DNA of 64,000 nucleotides from Salpingoeca rosetta (lineage: Eukaryota; Protista; Choanoflagellata). The position numbers and the translations under genes were made by a program. The stretch is from the NCBI GenBank assembly GCA_033442325.1, contig JAWQFM010000001.1, forward strand, positions 666,410-730,409, in the 5' to 3' direction. The notes under the pieces are model-generated. The model did no database searches and had not been told where the DNA came from. It saw only the letters and a program-made list of their open reading frames with translations. Below are positions 13,397 to 40,091 of this stretch, one piece after another. Each line of letters opens with the position of its first letter. The stretch's first letter is position 1.

Positions 13397-13681
13397 TGTG
13401 TGTGTGTGGTGGCAGCTGCAAACGAAACAAGTTTGTCGCAGGCGCTTGCGTGAAGCCAACGCGTATGCATGTGACGCACTGCTGGCGGGAAGCGTCGAGG
13501 TGTGTGAGGAGGCTCTCCCGGATCTGGTCTGGCGTGGGCTTGGTGTCAAGCTGCACCTCCATGCGCGCGGCCTTGGCGTCAACATCGCCAATATCAACGC
13601 CGCCCTCGTGGTGGAAGAGGATGGTGTTGAAGTCGCGGCCAGCGTAGATACAGCAGTAATGCTCGTCCGACTGTGTATTTC

Positions 13682-13721
<40 letters not shown>

Positions 13722-13767
13722 TGTGTGTGTGTGTGTGTGCGTGTGTGTGTGTGTGTGCGTGTGTGTG

Positions 13768-13799
<32 letters not shown>

Positions 13800-14697
13800 C
13801 GTGATTGAGCATGGATGCATGTTGGAGAAGGAGAGACGGTTCACCAGCATGGCACGCAGCGTCACAGTATGCAGCGCCACATGGTACGCATGACACAGCG
13901 CGTCTCTTTTCGCTGCTCGAACCTGCTCGTGGGCGACAAACGGCTCGAGGACAAAGTGCTTGAGAGTTCCAGTGGCAGACCCAATCTGCGTGGTTGGTGA
14001 TGAGCAACGTGAGCGAAAGCGTGAGCGGAAGCGTGAGGGTGCAAATAGAACCCATCATCATGATGCTGGGGTCAGAATAGTGCAGAGTAAAAGGACAAGG
14101 GAAAGAAGAGTGGGTAAACAATGGCATGTGAAGACGACGTCGCACCTGCAGGGTGGAGTTCATCTTCTCGTTGACCCAAGTCTTGGCGCCCTCAAAGTCC
14201 ACCTTGACCTTGACAAGGCCCAGCTTGCCACGGCGCTTGATGAGCTGGTCCGGCTTGGCCACCAGTGTCTGCAACGCCCAAACACAAACCGTGCGCGATG
14301 TTGGCGGGAAGGGAGGGAGGTGACATGATGCGACATGAGAGCGGCAAAGGTAAAAAAAAGCAGGCATCGCCACGGGCATCGCCACGGGCATTATCGTGGC
14401 TCAACACAACACAGAGAGAGACAGAGAGACAGACAGAGACAGAGACAGAGACAGACAAAGAGACAGAGACAGACAAAGAGAGACAGCGAGAGACAGAGAG
14501 AGGAAGTGACAATCGATGACAGTTTCAGTTAGCGGCACCTTTTGGGTGAGGAAGGGGTGGTTCTCCGCCAGCCGCTCCCACGAGTCGCCCGGCCCGAATG
14601 CGGCAATGGCGATGTTCTTCTTTCCGGGGCAGTCCGCTGGCAGGAACTCTGCCAGCAGGCGCTTGCCGTCGACCTCACGAATCGCTTTGGCACTCAT
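5902..14697 (-). CDS. ACLY: ATP-citrate lyase, single-chain (fused) form, about 25 exons
   Basis: MSAKAIRE start at 14697. Motifs in order: [112 protein letters not shown] (catalytic His), [26 protein letters not shown]. Stop at 5902. Confidence 0.97.
8781..8884. repeat. (CAA)n repeat interrupted by CTTAAA (ACLY intron)
   Basis: About six copies of caacttaaacaa seen directly. Confidence 0.9.
12328..12507. repeat. (CAA)n repeat interrupted four times by CTTAAA, then (CAG)n (ACLY intron)
   Basis: Seen directly. Confidence 0.9.
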
Positions 14698-15194
14698 GAT
14701 TGTTGCTTCTGTGTGGTGTGTGTGTGTGTGTGTGTGTGGTGAACAAGAAAGGAAATGACTACTTGTGGGATGCGAGGTTGTCGTGCACAGTTAATTCGAA
14801 TGACAGTGGCTTGCGTGCTTGCTCTGGCTGACTGATGCGAGGGGGTATTGTTCAACAAGGGAGCACAGCAGCAACCAAGAGCAAGCGAATGCAAGCACCT
14901 TGTTCGTCGTTCTTGTGTGTGTGCTGTGTCGCTGATGATGATGATGATTGCTGTGTGGCGAGAAAATGCCACACACACAGCAGCAAGCGCATTCTGTGCG
15001 TTCCGTTATTGTGGTGTTAAATCCACATCAAATCAGGAGAAAGAAACAGGCAAGACCTTGTGTTTGTGGGCAACCACGTGGGTAGAAAAGCGACCATGTC
15101 TCCCTTTACTTTTCAGAACCAACGAAGGCAAGGAAGGAAGACAGCACAGCAAGCAGGCAGCACAGCGAGCAGCAAACACTCACACACCGACACC

Positions 15195-15249
<55 letters not shown>

Positions 15250-15251
15250 AT

Positions 15252-16598
<1,347 letters not shown>

Positions 16599-16764
16599 CT
16601 GAACAACCCCCCCCCCACATACACACACACAATGAATGCAAGCACACACACACACAGTCTCTCTCTCTCTCTCATAGGGATGGAGCGTCTGGGCTGCTGG
16701 CTTACACCTAGGAACACACACACTCACTCACACCGCCATCTCACTCGCTGGCAAACGTCATCAG

Positions 16765-16892
16765 GATGCACGCCTGGGAAGTTTGATGTTGTGGTTGTAA
16801 ACGACGACCTGGACCGCGCATACGACACGCTCAGGACGGCGCTGCTTCCCAAGGTGAAGGAGGTGCGAGAACTGCAAGGCAGCCAGCAATAG
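16765..16892 (+). pseudogene. Orphan terminal exon of a guanylate kinase
   Basis: Acceptor tcatcag followed by (G)CTPGKFDVVVVNDDLDRAYDTLRTALLPKVKEVRELQGSQQ*, which matches the guanylate-kinase C-terminal FD-x-V-I-V-N-D-D-L-D-x-A-Y motif. No upstream kinase exons (P-loop) are present because POLR1D ends 166 bp before it. Confidence 0.65.
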
Positions 16893-17035
16893 GCCAGCCA
16901 ACGCACCACCGAGCCAATGAGCAACAATATTGACGGAGAATGACAACAACAACATCAACGACGACGTCGTCAGTCGTGCCTTCTCCATGATGAAACACGT
17001 CATCATCCCGGATAACAGAACTTCCAACAACACAC

Positions 17036-17222
<187 letters not shown>

Positions 17223-17555
17223 CCTGCTCTGTCTTTCATATGAGCGTGTCACTCGCGCTGTCTGTTAATTTGAGGCAGCCTGCCAACCCGTCACTCGCCC
17301 TTTGCCTCTTGCCACTTGTCTCCAATATAAGGTAACCGCATCACTGAGACAGAGCCGACACACATGAGCTGCAAGACGCTCGCCTGCCCGCTTGGAACGA
17401 ACAAGCGAAGAGCCGGCAGCACAGAAGTCGAGAGAACACAGAACAGAAGAAGCAGCAAGCGAGAGAAAAACACACACACACAAGAGAGAGTGTGGAAAGG
17501 AGGACATTCTTCACGTCTGTCTCGTGACAAACAAACAAACGTCCACGCCACGACG

Positions 17556-19769
<2,214 letters not shown>

Positions 19770-20057
19770 CATTTGCTAGTGCCAGGACCCGAACCACCAC
19801 CACCACCATCACCCATCTGCTCGACAGTCAAAACGTGGGTTTGCGCCATCATGATTAAGGCGCGCGTGCTCACGTGCACGCATTCACAGGGATGTGCTGC
19901 GCTTGCTTGGTGTTGATATTGTGTCGACCCCCTCAACAATTGTCTCGCTCACGGCGTTGCCTGCCCCACTCTGCTTGTGTGTGTACACAACGGAGATGCA
20001 GCGTTCTCTCGTCATCTACCTCTTATTTTCGGTTCTCTTGACTCTTAATTGCTCCAG

Positions 20058-20137
<80 letters not shown>

Positions 20138-20613
20138 CCCCTGAATGATGGCAATTGGTGCATCATGTTACTTGCTTCTTGCTTCTTGCTTCTTGCTTCT
20201 TGGTTGTTTCGACATGGACATAAACGATTGGCTGCTTCAAAGCCACAAGCTGATGACAAAACAAGGAAGCACTGGCTGGAAAGCAACAGCTGAAGGAGCG
20301 AAAGACAAAGGGGGGTGGGGACAGGGCAGCAGGAGTACAGATGCACCCACAATCCACAAACACATAACAGGACATGCATGACGACACCTAGCTCGTTCAC
20401 ACACACACACACACATACACGCACATACACCACAGCAAGCATTCGCTCACACACACACACATACACACACACACATACGCACATACACACTCGCGACACA
20501 ACCACACAACCACTCACTCACTCACTCACCACACAACCACACAACCACACACACACACACACACACACTCACTCGCTCATACTCACGACACACACAAGCA
20601 CAAACAGAACAAA

Positions 20614-21690
20614 CTAGACGCTACCAGGTTCGGGCGCTTCATCGTGGCCAGGGTACAAAGCAAGCATCTTGTGCATGCCTTCGCGGAAGGCCTCGACATT
20701 TGCCTTGATGATGGCCTGTTTGGACTCAAAGAGCGGGGTGCCAATGACACAGACAAGCATGAGGTGCTTTGTGACGTGGCGCAGGTACAGCGTCCAGTTG
20801 CGCACGGGGACGACGCCGACGGTCTTCTCGTCATAGAGGATGGACGGCGCAGTCTCGCCCTCGCGCTTGCGACGGAACACGCCAGACACGTCGACAACAA
20901 GGTCGATGCCATCCGAGCACGCCTCGTACAGGCCAATGTCCACGGTGCGGCTGTCGCTTGCCACGTAGATCTTTGTGGACACGTCAAACAGGAAGGCCTT
21001 GATCATGTTGGAGCGGCCGGCGAGCGTGTCGAGCATGCCCTGCATGCTGGGGAACTGCGGCAGCAGCTTCTGTGTGATCTTGCTCATGGCCTCGAACACG
21101 GACACGTCGAAAATGCTGGTGAGGTAGAAGCTGATCTGCACGTCGACGCCGTACAGCCCGTCGTGGACGGCCTCGTTTAGCTGCTGGGTGATGACGCGCT
21201 TCTCCTCGGAGCCGATGGTGTCGGCCTTGTGGATGAGCACCTCAAAGTTGATGTTCTCGTTGATGTTGTATGCCTCCTGCACCAGGTTGCACAGCAGCGC
21301 GGTGGCGGGCCCGATGTTCTCTGCCGCGTCCAGCACAAACACCACTGCGCCCAGGTTGTCGAAGAGGTCCTCGCCGCGGATCATGGGGTCCAGCACGTTG
21401 AGCTGGCCCGGGAAGTCGACAATCTGCAGGTTGAGGAAGGATGTGGAGGGCATGCTGTCGTATGTGATGTCGGATGTAGTTTCCAGGAACGTGGTCTCGT
21501 TTGGTGACAGCCGGTGGTACACCACCCGTGCGATGGATGTCTTGCCGCTGTTGCGCAGGCCCACCAACAGCACGCGCGGTCGGATGTCGCCGTCCACAAC
21601 GCTCAGCTGGGACCGGTCCTCGTCCTGCTCATCAATTTGAAACGGCATCACTGCGGGGCCATCCCCATCACCACGATAATCATACGCCAT
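20614..21690 (-). CDS. RRAGC: Rag GTPase C/D (Gtr2-like), intronless, 358 aa
   Basis: GLRNSGKTSI (P-loop), LSPNETTFLETT, DFPGQ, FEVLIHKAD, FYLTSIFD, KAFLFDVSTKIYVASD, and a roadblock-type C-terminus. Confidence 0.93.
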   Translation of the reverse strand: MAYDYRGDGDGPAVMPFQIDEQDEDRSQLSVVDGDIRPRVLLVGLRNSGKTSIARVVYHRLSPNETTFLETTSDITYDSMPSTSFLNLQIVDFPGQLNVLDPMIRGEDLFDNLGAVVFVLDAAENIGPATALLCNLVQEAYNINENINFEVLIHKADTIGSEEKRVITQQLNEAVHDGLYGVDVQISFYLTSIFDVSVFEAMSKITQKLLPQFPSMQGMLDTLAGRSNMIKAFLFDVSTKIYVASDSRTVDIGLYEACSDGIDLVVDVSGVFRRKREGETAPSILYDEKTVGVVPVRNWTLYLRHVTKHLMLVCVIGTPLFESKQAIIKANVEAFREGMHKMLALYPGHDEAPEPGSV

Positions 21691-22557
21691 GGTCGTTGAT
21701 GCGTGTGCGCGTGTGTGCTGGTGTCGGCGTGCGTGTGTGTGTTTCTTGTGTCTCTCTTGTGCCGATGTGTGCGTGTGTGTCTGCGTCGATATGTGCTCCA
21801 GAAGCGCTCACAAAAACTGCACACGACAACACAAGTTTCAGGCAACACACGCTCTTCTTGTGTTCTTTCGCGTGTCAAGTTGTTGTTGTACTTTGTGGTC
21901 GCTCCACTGCAGGGAGGTCAACTCCGGGCACAGAGATAACGACGTGGAAGGGGAGAGAGAAACCGATAACCAAGGAACAACAGAACAAGGCAGAAAGCGG
22001 CGGGCGCAGTGAAGAAGAAGAAGAACAACGACAGGCACCACCAGATCATTCAATGATATGTGTGTCAATGAATGCGACAACACGCACGCACGCAAGCAGG
22101 CTCCCGCAAATAAAAATGACTATGACACTTGAAGTTGGCCGTCTCAAGACATGTTATTGTTGCCGAGTCTCACTTCAACACACAAGGGAAGAAGAAGGTG
22201 ACAACAACAACAAGCTGCAAGAGAGAAAGAGCCAGACATCAAGGACCAGCACAGGAACAGCAAGACGCGCATGCACAAAGGCAGAGGGGCATACACGGAA
22301 GAGGAAAACGCACAAGCAGAGCGAGGAATGCCAGATTCATGAAATCAAACACTCAGCGCTTACTCATGTCCGTCTCCCGTCACCCCAGTGCACAAAGTGA
22401 AAGAAGCATCAAAGACGACAGAGGGAGAAAAGTGAGGCGAACGAACAAAAGACGGGAAAAAGTTGCAATGCAAGCGCCGTGAGCAAACCTGTGCAGCAGA
22501 ACAAGAAAAGACTGCGTGCACAAGTACGTCACGCGACCCGGACGGGGGGCCATACGC

Positions 22558-24706
<2,149 letters not shown>

Positions 24707-24821
24707 TCACACGTCCCACATCACATTACACAAAACACTGCTCAAGTGCTCCTCCTTCACAACGCTTGCTCCTTCTCATTCATTGCAGTGCCACAGCCAC
24801 TCCCAAAGCATGCACTCCCAA

Positions 24822-32789
<7,968 letters not shown>

Positions 32790-32921
32790 CTTGCTGGTCT
32801 TGGCACAACTTCTTCTTCTGCTTCTTCTGCTTTCTTCTTCCTGTTCTGTTTGTTTGCCGAAAATTATGTTATTTCTTTTACCAATCTTCACAACTTGAGC
32901 TTGGAGAGGACAACAGCACAG

Positions 32922-34074
32922 ATGAGCGACAGCGGCGATGTGGTGTGGGCTTGTCGTCTGCCAAAGGTTGGTCATCATCTTGGTGTGCGGCGTGGGCAAC
33001 AAACGTGATGGGCAAGCATGGCGCGGTGCGACAGAGTCGGCGAAGGACTGGAAAACACATACATACAACACAGCCATCACACCCTCTCCAACACACAACA
33101 CGAGCCACACACACCCTCACCACACACTCCATCATGCACACCCTTTCAACCACACAACTCACACTCCATCGTGCACACCCTTTCAACCACACAACTCACA
33201 CACGCACCCACACACACACACACACCCTTATCCCCCTCCCGAATTCACCCTCAAACACCCCCGCTCAGGCGATGAGCAGTGCAGAGAAGGAAGAGCTGAA
33301 GCAGAAGGTGTCCCGTGCAAACCCTGCTGCCTTCCATGCGGCGTCCCGCTACCCAATCACGAAGGAAGTGGAAGACATTTTGGAGCAGATGTCCCTTGTA
33401 GCCACGCGAGAGGAATACGGCAACGACTTTTGGCAAGAAGGATCCTACTCCTGTTCGCGGTGTCATGGTCGCCTCTATTGCTCCAAGGATAAGTTCCACG
33501 GTCAGTTGCTCAGGCTGGGCTGACAATACAACGCTGCTCATCATCTGCCATCTTGAATCGTCTTGCCGAGTGGCACGCCCAAGCAACAAAGACATTGCAA
33601 TCAGCGACAAACGCCTGCTGGTGTTATGTTATGTTAATGACGTGTTATGTTCTGATGTTCTGTTCGCAGCAGTCGAAGTTTTGCTGCCTGGTCCCCTTTT
33701 TTACTCACTGTCTTCGTGATGTTGTACACATTTGGTTTTGCCTGGCTGCAGGGCCGTGTTTGTGGCCGTCGTTTCGTCAGCCCGTTGCAGATGATGTGTT
33801 GTTGACACGCAAGGTGGATTCATACAACAACTACACGTGCGAAGTGCACGAGGTCTACTGCAACAGCTGCCAGCTCTTTCTTGGGTGCGAATGCAAACTG
33901 CCTGCATGTGACCCTGTTGCTCGTTGCGTCTGTCAGTGATTGGCCTTTCCTATGAATCGCAGCCTTTTGCTAAAGACGTGTCCTGTAAACCTGCATCTTC
34001 TGTCTTCAAGCCGTACCCCCGCCCCAGCAAACAACGGGCATGCTCGTGAGCCTTGGTCGCCACTGACTCACTCT

Positions 34075-34150
<76 letters not shown>

Positions 34151-34268
34151 GCACATGTTTGAGGATGGCAAGGAGCATGGCGATACACACCCAGACGCGC
34201 GGTGGCGGCACTGCGTCCTGAGCTTGAGTCTTGACTTCGCGCCATCCCCAGCATCATCGGCGCAATGA
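32922..34268 (+). CDS. Methionine-R-sulfoxide reductase B (MsrB/SelR family), divergent
   Basis: Exons 32922-32966 (tentative; alternative start 33272), 33269-33500, ~33752-33885 and 34151-34268. Motifs: EGSYSCSRC..LYCSKDKF, GPCLWPSF, EVYCNSC..LGHMFEDG, RHCVLSLSLDF. Confidence 0.8.
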
Positions 34269-34792
34269 TGGGCAGCCCGCCGCCATCAAGTGCACATTTG
34301 TGCTGACAGTAACTGCCTCTCTGACTGAACTACACACATACCCGTCTCTGTCTCTGTCTCTCTCTCGTGTTTCTCGTGGTTTTTGCGTCTTTCTGGTTCA
34401 GGCGAGTCAATGGGGAGGTTTGTGTAATCCAACCACAATACAGCCCCGTTTGATGAGACTCCACGAACACTGAAACAGCGACAATCAGAACAACATCGCC
34501 ACAACAAAGATGGAAAGTGGCACACACGCAACACTAACACGCCAAGCGAACCACGCACGCACACTAACTCAACACCAAGCCAGCAAGCAAGAAGCAAGCC
34601 ACCGTTTTTTTTTCAATCCACTCAGCACCCAACAGACAACAACAACACCAACCCATGCATGGCACAACCCATCAACCACTCACACCCCTGACATAAAGAC
34701 AAGACGAGAGATGGAGGCGTGTGCATGCGTGTGCATCGGATACAAGCGTGATGGGAGAAGGAGGAGCAAGGGGGACATGATGAGTGCTGCGT

Positions 34793-34971
34793 CTACTGTC
34801 CAATCTGCAGGCCGAGGCCAAACACCGTCTCGGACTTGACGTGGTCCAGGATAGCGGAGACGATAAAGGTGAAAGCGGGCACAAGCTGCTTCTCAAAGTA
34901 GCCCATCACAACACCGCCAGAGGTGATCTGACAACATGTATGCACACGTGTCGGTTTGTGTGTGTGTGTGT

Positions 34972-35002
<31 letters not shown>

Positions 35003-35292
35003 GTGTGCGTGTGTGCACGGGTGTGTGCCAGCGTGTTGAGGTGAGGACTGAGTGCACGACCTGCCATGCAATGTGTGGCTTGCCATGGGGCAACTGTCAA
35101 ACAACAAATGCAGCACCAACACCCATGTGCAAGCAACGGCCACACCTGTCCCCTGAAGGTGCTGTTCTTGAACGAATACTGCACGCCCACGGACGCCTGA
35201 ACCTGCCGCTGCGGCAAATGCATCTCAAGCTCGCACCCGGCAGTCGTCTATGCAGATTGAGAGTGCATGCCGACAGTGCGTGTGTGTGTGTG

Positions 35293-35334
<42 letters not shown>

Positions 35335-37166
35335 AGGATAACGCAGGTGTTTGTAGGTTAAGTGCTGTGCTGACGTGTGTGCGATAACGCTGCTGCGCAA
35401 GAAGAAGTGAGTTAGGTCGAAATGCATGCGTGTGGCTGACAGGAGGACAGGCAAGAGTACGCACGTTCTTGGCAATCTGGTGAACATAGGAGGCCTGCAT
35501 GATGCCGACGGGGCTGGCGGTCACCGCCAACAGCCAGTCGGGCGTCTGGTACTTGCCTGCCATGCCACACACACACACACGCACGTACACATGTGCACAG
35601 AGATGGACATGCACAGCAAGGATGAGCGTGCATTCACATGCCACATGTATCGTTTCCACGCACACACACGCAACACAAACATTATTCAACACACGCACAA
35701 CACCCACACACATGTTCACACACACACACGCGCATATTCACGGGAGGACGCACCGCCAAAGTTGAGGCCAGAGTACTCTGTCAGGTTGGCCATGTACTGG
35801 TACTGCAGCTCGGCGCCTGCACATAGCACAGTTTGCATTGACAGGAGAGGAGGGTTGGTGAGTGACAGCGCACACGTACACGCACACTCGCATACGCACT
35901 CGCACACGCACACTCGCACACTCGCACGTACACGCATTCATACAAACGCACACATGCACACGACTCCACGACTGCAGAACATCGCACCGAGGGAGAAGCG
36001 AGAGGTGACGCGCTGGAGGTAGTTGAGGATCCTGATGACGACAGATTGGAGGGGGGCGGGGTTGGAATCATAGGGCGATTAGAATGCATGGCATGAAGAG
36101 GTGCCGTCTGCACCGCATTGCATGGTACTCCTTGGCTAACAACAACAACGTTGCAACCACCAAACACACACAAACAACCAACGCCACAACACACAAGCAC
36201 ACACAAGCACACACAAGCACACACAAGCACACACAAGCACACACAAGCACACACAAGCACACGAGCACCACCGCCACCGCCACCGCACCATGTGCCCTTG
36301 TTCTTGGCGGGGTTGACGTTGAGCATCTTCAGGCCCGCAGAAAAGTCGCTGCCGGCAAACTCAGTCTGCACACGCAGCACCAAAGAGAAGGGGGGGGGGA
36401 AGGAGTGGATAGGCACAACAGCGTGGGTGTTGGTTGCGTGTTGCATGTTGCATGTGAGCTGTTGGTGTTGTTGTTGTTACTGATCGTTGCGTACACATGT
36501 GCACGCGCTCGTCTACATGTGTGAGTGTGTGTGTGGCAGCCGTCACGATGAGGGCATTGGCGGCATGCGTGGTGGGGCAGGGGGAAATCGGACGGCATGG
36601 TCGTGGTGACATTACCTCGAGTGCGGTGCCAACGACGTCGGAGCCATCCGTCTACAGGGCAAACAAAAAATCAAACAACAACAGCACACAGACACACACA
36701 TACATGTGCGCGTACACACACAGACACGACGCATGAACATGCACACACACATGGCGCATTGTGTCAGCAGCAGCGAGTCGAGTAGCATTGAGACCAGCCA
36801 CGCAAGGTGATCACTGCAACCTCGAATATAGATGGGGTGCGTGCAGTGCGTCACGCTGGCGCTTCGCACCTGCAGCTGGTACTTGAGCTTGATGTTGTCT
36901 GTTGCCTCGTGGATGATGTTAGCCATGAGTCGGCCAGCGTGGTCCACCTCACCGATGCAGATGGGGAAAGACTGCGGCAGCACATTCGCGAGCACGGCAT
37001 GCAAGGTGTGAGCAAGATGCAAACAAGCACGTGCACGGAGTGAGCGGCAGCCTTACAGACACCTAGGAGGGGCACGCGTTTGAATTGCAGAACTGGCTCT
37101 GCGCAGGGGAATGCCCTCTCACTCGACACAGTCACCGGCACCGCCACCACCAACACCAACAACACC

Positions 37167-37197
<31 letters not shown>

Positions 37198-37462
37198 GCA
37201 ACAACAACAGCAACAACATCGCAAACACACAACGGCCCACCTCCTGGGGGCTCTTCTGGCGCATGGTGCCGATGTATGTGGGCTGAAGCTTGTACGCGCT
37301 CTCCTTGCCGTTGAGGATGATGGAGTGTGTCAGGGCAAGGTGCTGGCCAACGGGCTTCTGGAAGGCGAAGCGAGCGCCCTGGAACACCATAAACGCCGGC
37401 AGCACACCTGACAGCGGGGTTGGACAACGGGCGTGTGTGTGTGTGTGTGTGTGTGTGCGTGC

Positions 37463-37501
<39 letters not shown>

Positions 37502-38077
37502 ACACAAAGGATTGTGCAGTACATGCCGACGTGAGGTGCGTGCCGACAAGGCAGGTTCAGAACGTTGCGTGAACTTCAAGACTGTGCAAGCCTGCAGACT
37601 CACGCACACGCACAATCGTCCCCGCATGAACGCGTGTGTCTGGCGCACCTCGGATCTCGTTGTGCAGAGAGTCGAAAGAGCCGGGGCCAGACCTGGCGGG
37701 AGCAGCCTCCTGCTGGGCGCTGTGTGTGTGTGTGTGTATTTGTGTTTGTGTGTGTTTATGTGCGTGCGTGTGCGTGTGTGTGCGTGTGTGTATGCATGCT
37801 CGTGTGTGTGTGTGTGTGCATATGTGTTTGTGTGCGTGTGTATGCATGCTCGTGTGTGTGTGTGTGTGTGTGTGTGCATGCACGACAACACACATTCCTG
37901 CTGGTCGACAAGCCACGCACAGTGCACACACGCGCGCTCGTTCACGCACACGCACACACATGCGGCCCCCAAACGCAGGCATGTTTTCACTCACGCTGGT
38001 TGCTCTGGCTGTGCCTGTGCCTGGGGAGCGCCCGTGGCAGCGGCAGGCGAAGGAGGAGGGGGCATTGGCGCAGACAT
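34793..38077 (-). CDS. TOMM40: Mitochondrial import channel Tom40
   Basis: Pro-rich N-terminus, [107 protein letters not shown]. Confidence 0.92.
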
Positions 38078-39152
38078 GGTGGAAGCCTGCTTGCTTGAAA
38101 GCACCAATAGTGACAACAAAATAGCAGTGAGCAGTGGGCAAACAGTGTCAAACAAATGATGGTGATGATGGTGATGGTGATGGTCGTGGTGGTTAGTGGT
38201 GGTGGTGGTTGTTGCACTGGCGAATCATCGACAGTGGGCCAGGCATCCATCCACACACACACACACTTGGCACCACGCTGCCACAAGGCAAGCAAGCCTC
38301 GACACTTGACAGCGTCAACAACAAGAACAAGCCCGACTACCAAGACAACGTGGGCGACAAGCAAGGCAAGGGAAGACCAGGCAACGCGCTGCAACCTCTT
38401 CATTCACTCACTCACTCACGTGTGGCAGAGACGGTGGGTTTGTTGGTGGAAGAGCTGCTGTGGGTGAAAGGGCAAAATTGACTTTGGTGCCTTCACTCTA
38501 CGATTCGTGGCTTGGGCTTCAGGGGTTATCACGCACACTTTGCATGCAACCGTCGGTATCCACCAAGGTCAAATTTGACCTTGAGTCAGGACCACCAGAA
38601 ACAAAGGCGGACACAGACACACCCGAACAGTGCGAGCTGTGCGCGGTGCTTGCTTCTGCTTTCTTTCGTGTGCTTCTGCCGAGCATGCTCTGATGCTGTG
38701 CACTGCTGCACTTGCTGCACTTGCGCACGAGTAAGTGATGTCAACAGAACCACGGCAGAAGTAAGCCTGCCTTGCCTGCAAGCAAGCATGCAACCATCAC
38801 CATCACCAATGTCATGGCACATCACAACAACGACCCATCAGATCACAAGCGAATCACAGAATCACCATCTCCTACATTCTCTCCCCTCCCTGAGAACCAT
38901 CACTGCACTTCCGCAACTTGGGTGGCAATTCATTTTTTCCAACGCACCCGACGAATCAAGATAGCAACTGCAAAGCAGCTGCAAGCAACGACAAGCACAA
39001 GCGCACTTACAGCATCACCGAGCTTCACAGAGAACTCCGTCGACCAAGAAGCCCCAGCGTGCAGCAGACGCCTCAACCTGCGCTTCCACCACCACAAGGA
39101 CGCACAGCAAGCACACTGCGAGACCTCCTTCCATCGGTGAGAATTGACAATC

Positions 39153-40091
39153 ATGGACGTCCTGCGCTCCGAAAGCAAGCACCCGCAAGGCCAGGCAGGG
39201 ATGCAGCAAGACGCCGCAAAGCTGCAGAAAGAGCAGCAGGGGCGGCTGCAGCAGCGACTGACCCGTGATGCTGAGACGCGCGCCCGCGAGTGCTACGACA
39301 CCCCCGACGCGGAGCTCTTCTACTCCAACGTCTGGGGCGGCGAGAACATCCACGTCGGCATGTACAACACCACCAGGGACATTGCAGATGCCAGCCATCG
39401 CACAAACATGCGCCTCGCTCCCATGCTGGAGCCGCTCGACGCGTCGAGCGCTGTGCTTGACTTGGGCTCGGGCTACGGCGGCACGGCGCGCTACCTGGCG
39501 CGCACCTACGGCTGCAAGGTCACGGGCCTGAACGTGAGCGACGTGGAGAACAAGCGTGCCGTGGCCCTGAACAAGCAGCACGGCCTACAGGACAAGGTGG
39601 AGATCGTGCTCGGCACGTTCGAAGACGTGGACATGCCGAATGCTTCCTTTGATGCCATTTTCTCGCAGGAGGCCATGCTGCACGCTGGCGACAAGGCCAA
39701 TGTGGTAGCAGAGGCTGCGCGCATGCTGAAGCCTGGCGGCCGGTTTGTGTTCACGGACGTGATGCGGAGCGACGACTGCGATGAGTCCAAGCTTCAGCCC
39801 ATCTACGACCGCCTCCACCTGCCCTCCTTGGCCTCCCCCAGCTTCTACCGTGCGGCGGCAGCAAAGCACGGACTGGATGAGATTGGCTTTGAAGAAGACA
39901 CCGCAAACTTCACCGCGCACTACTCCCGCGTGCGCGAGGACCTGATTGCTCGCGAGCAGGAGCTGCGCCAGCAGAACATCAGCGAGGCGTACCTCGACAG
40001 AATGAAGAATGGCCTGCTGCACTGGGTCGCTGGCGGTCGCAATGGCCTCCTGTGCTGGGGGTTCTTCTCCTTTCGCAAGCCTGCCAAGTGA
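39153..40091 (+). CDS. SAM-dependent sarcosine/dimethylglycine N-methyltransferase-like protein, intronless
   Basis: YDTPDAELFYSNVWGGENIHVGMY, VLDLGSGYGGTARYLA (motif I), FDAIFSQEAMLHAGDK, LKPGGRFVFTDVM, LQPIYDRLHLPSLASPSFY, MKNGLLHWVAGG..LCWGFFSFRK. This closely follows my recollection of bacterial SDMT enzymes. Confidence 0.85.
   Translation: MDVLRSESKHPQGQAGMQQDAAKLQKEQQGRLQQRLTRDAETRARECYDTPDAELFYSNVWGGENIHVGMYNTTRDIADASHRTNMRLAPMLEPLDASSAVLDLGSGYGGTARYLARTYGCKVTGLNVSDVENKRAVALNKQHGLQDKVEIVLGTFEDVDMPNASFDAIFSQEAMLHAGDKANVVAEAARMLKPGGRFVFTDVMRSDDCDESKLQPIYDRLHLPSLASPSFYRAAAAKHGLDEIGFEEDTANFTAHYSRVREDLIAREQELRQQNISEAYLDRMKNGLLHWVAGGRNGLLCWGFFSFRKPAK

Noticed and set aside
34200-34500. Selenocysteine/SECIS for MsrB
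   Set aside because: The catalytic codon is TGC and there is no in-frame TGA before the terminal stop.
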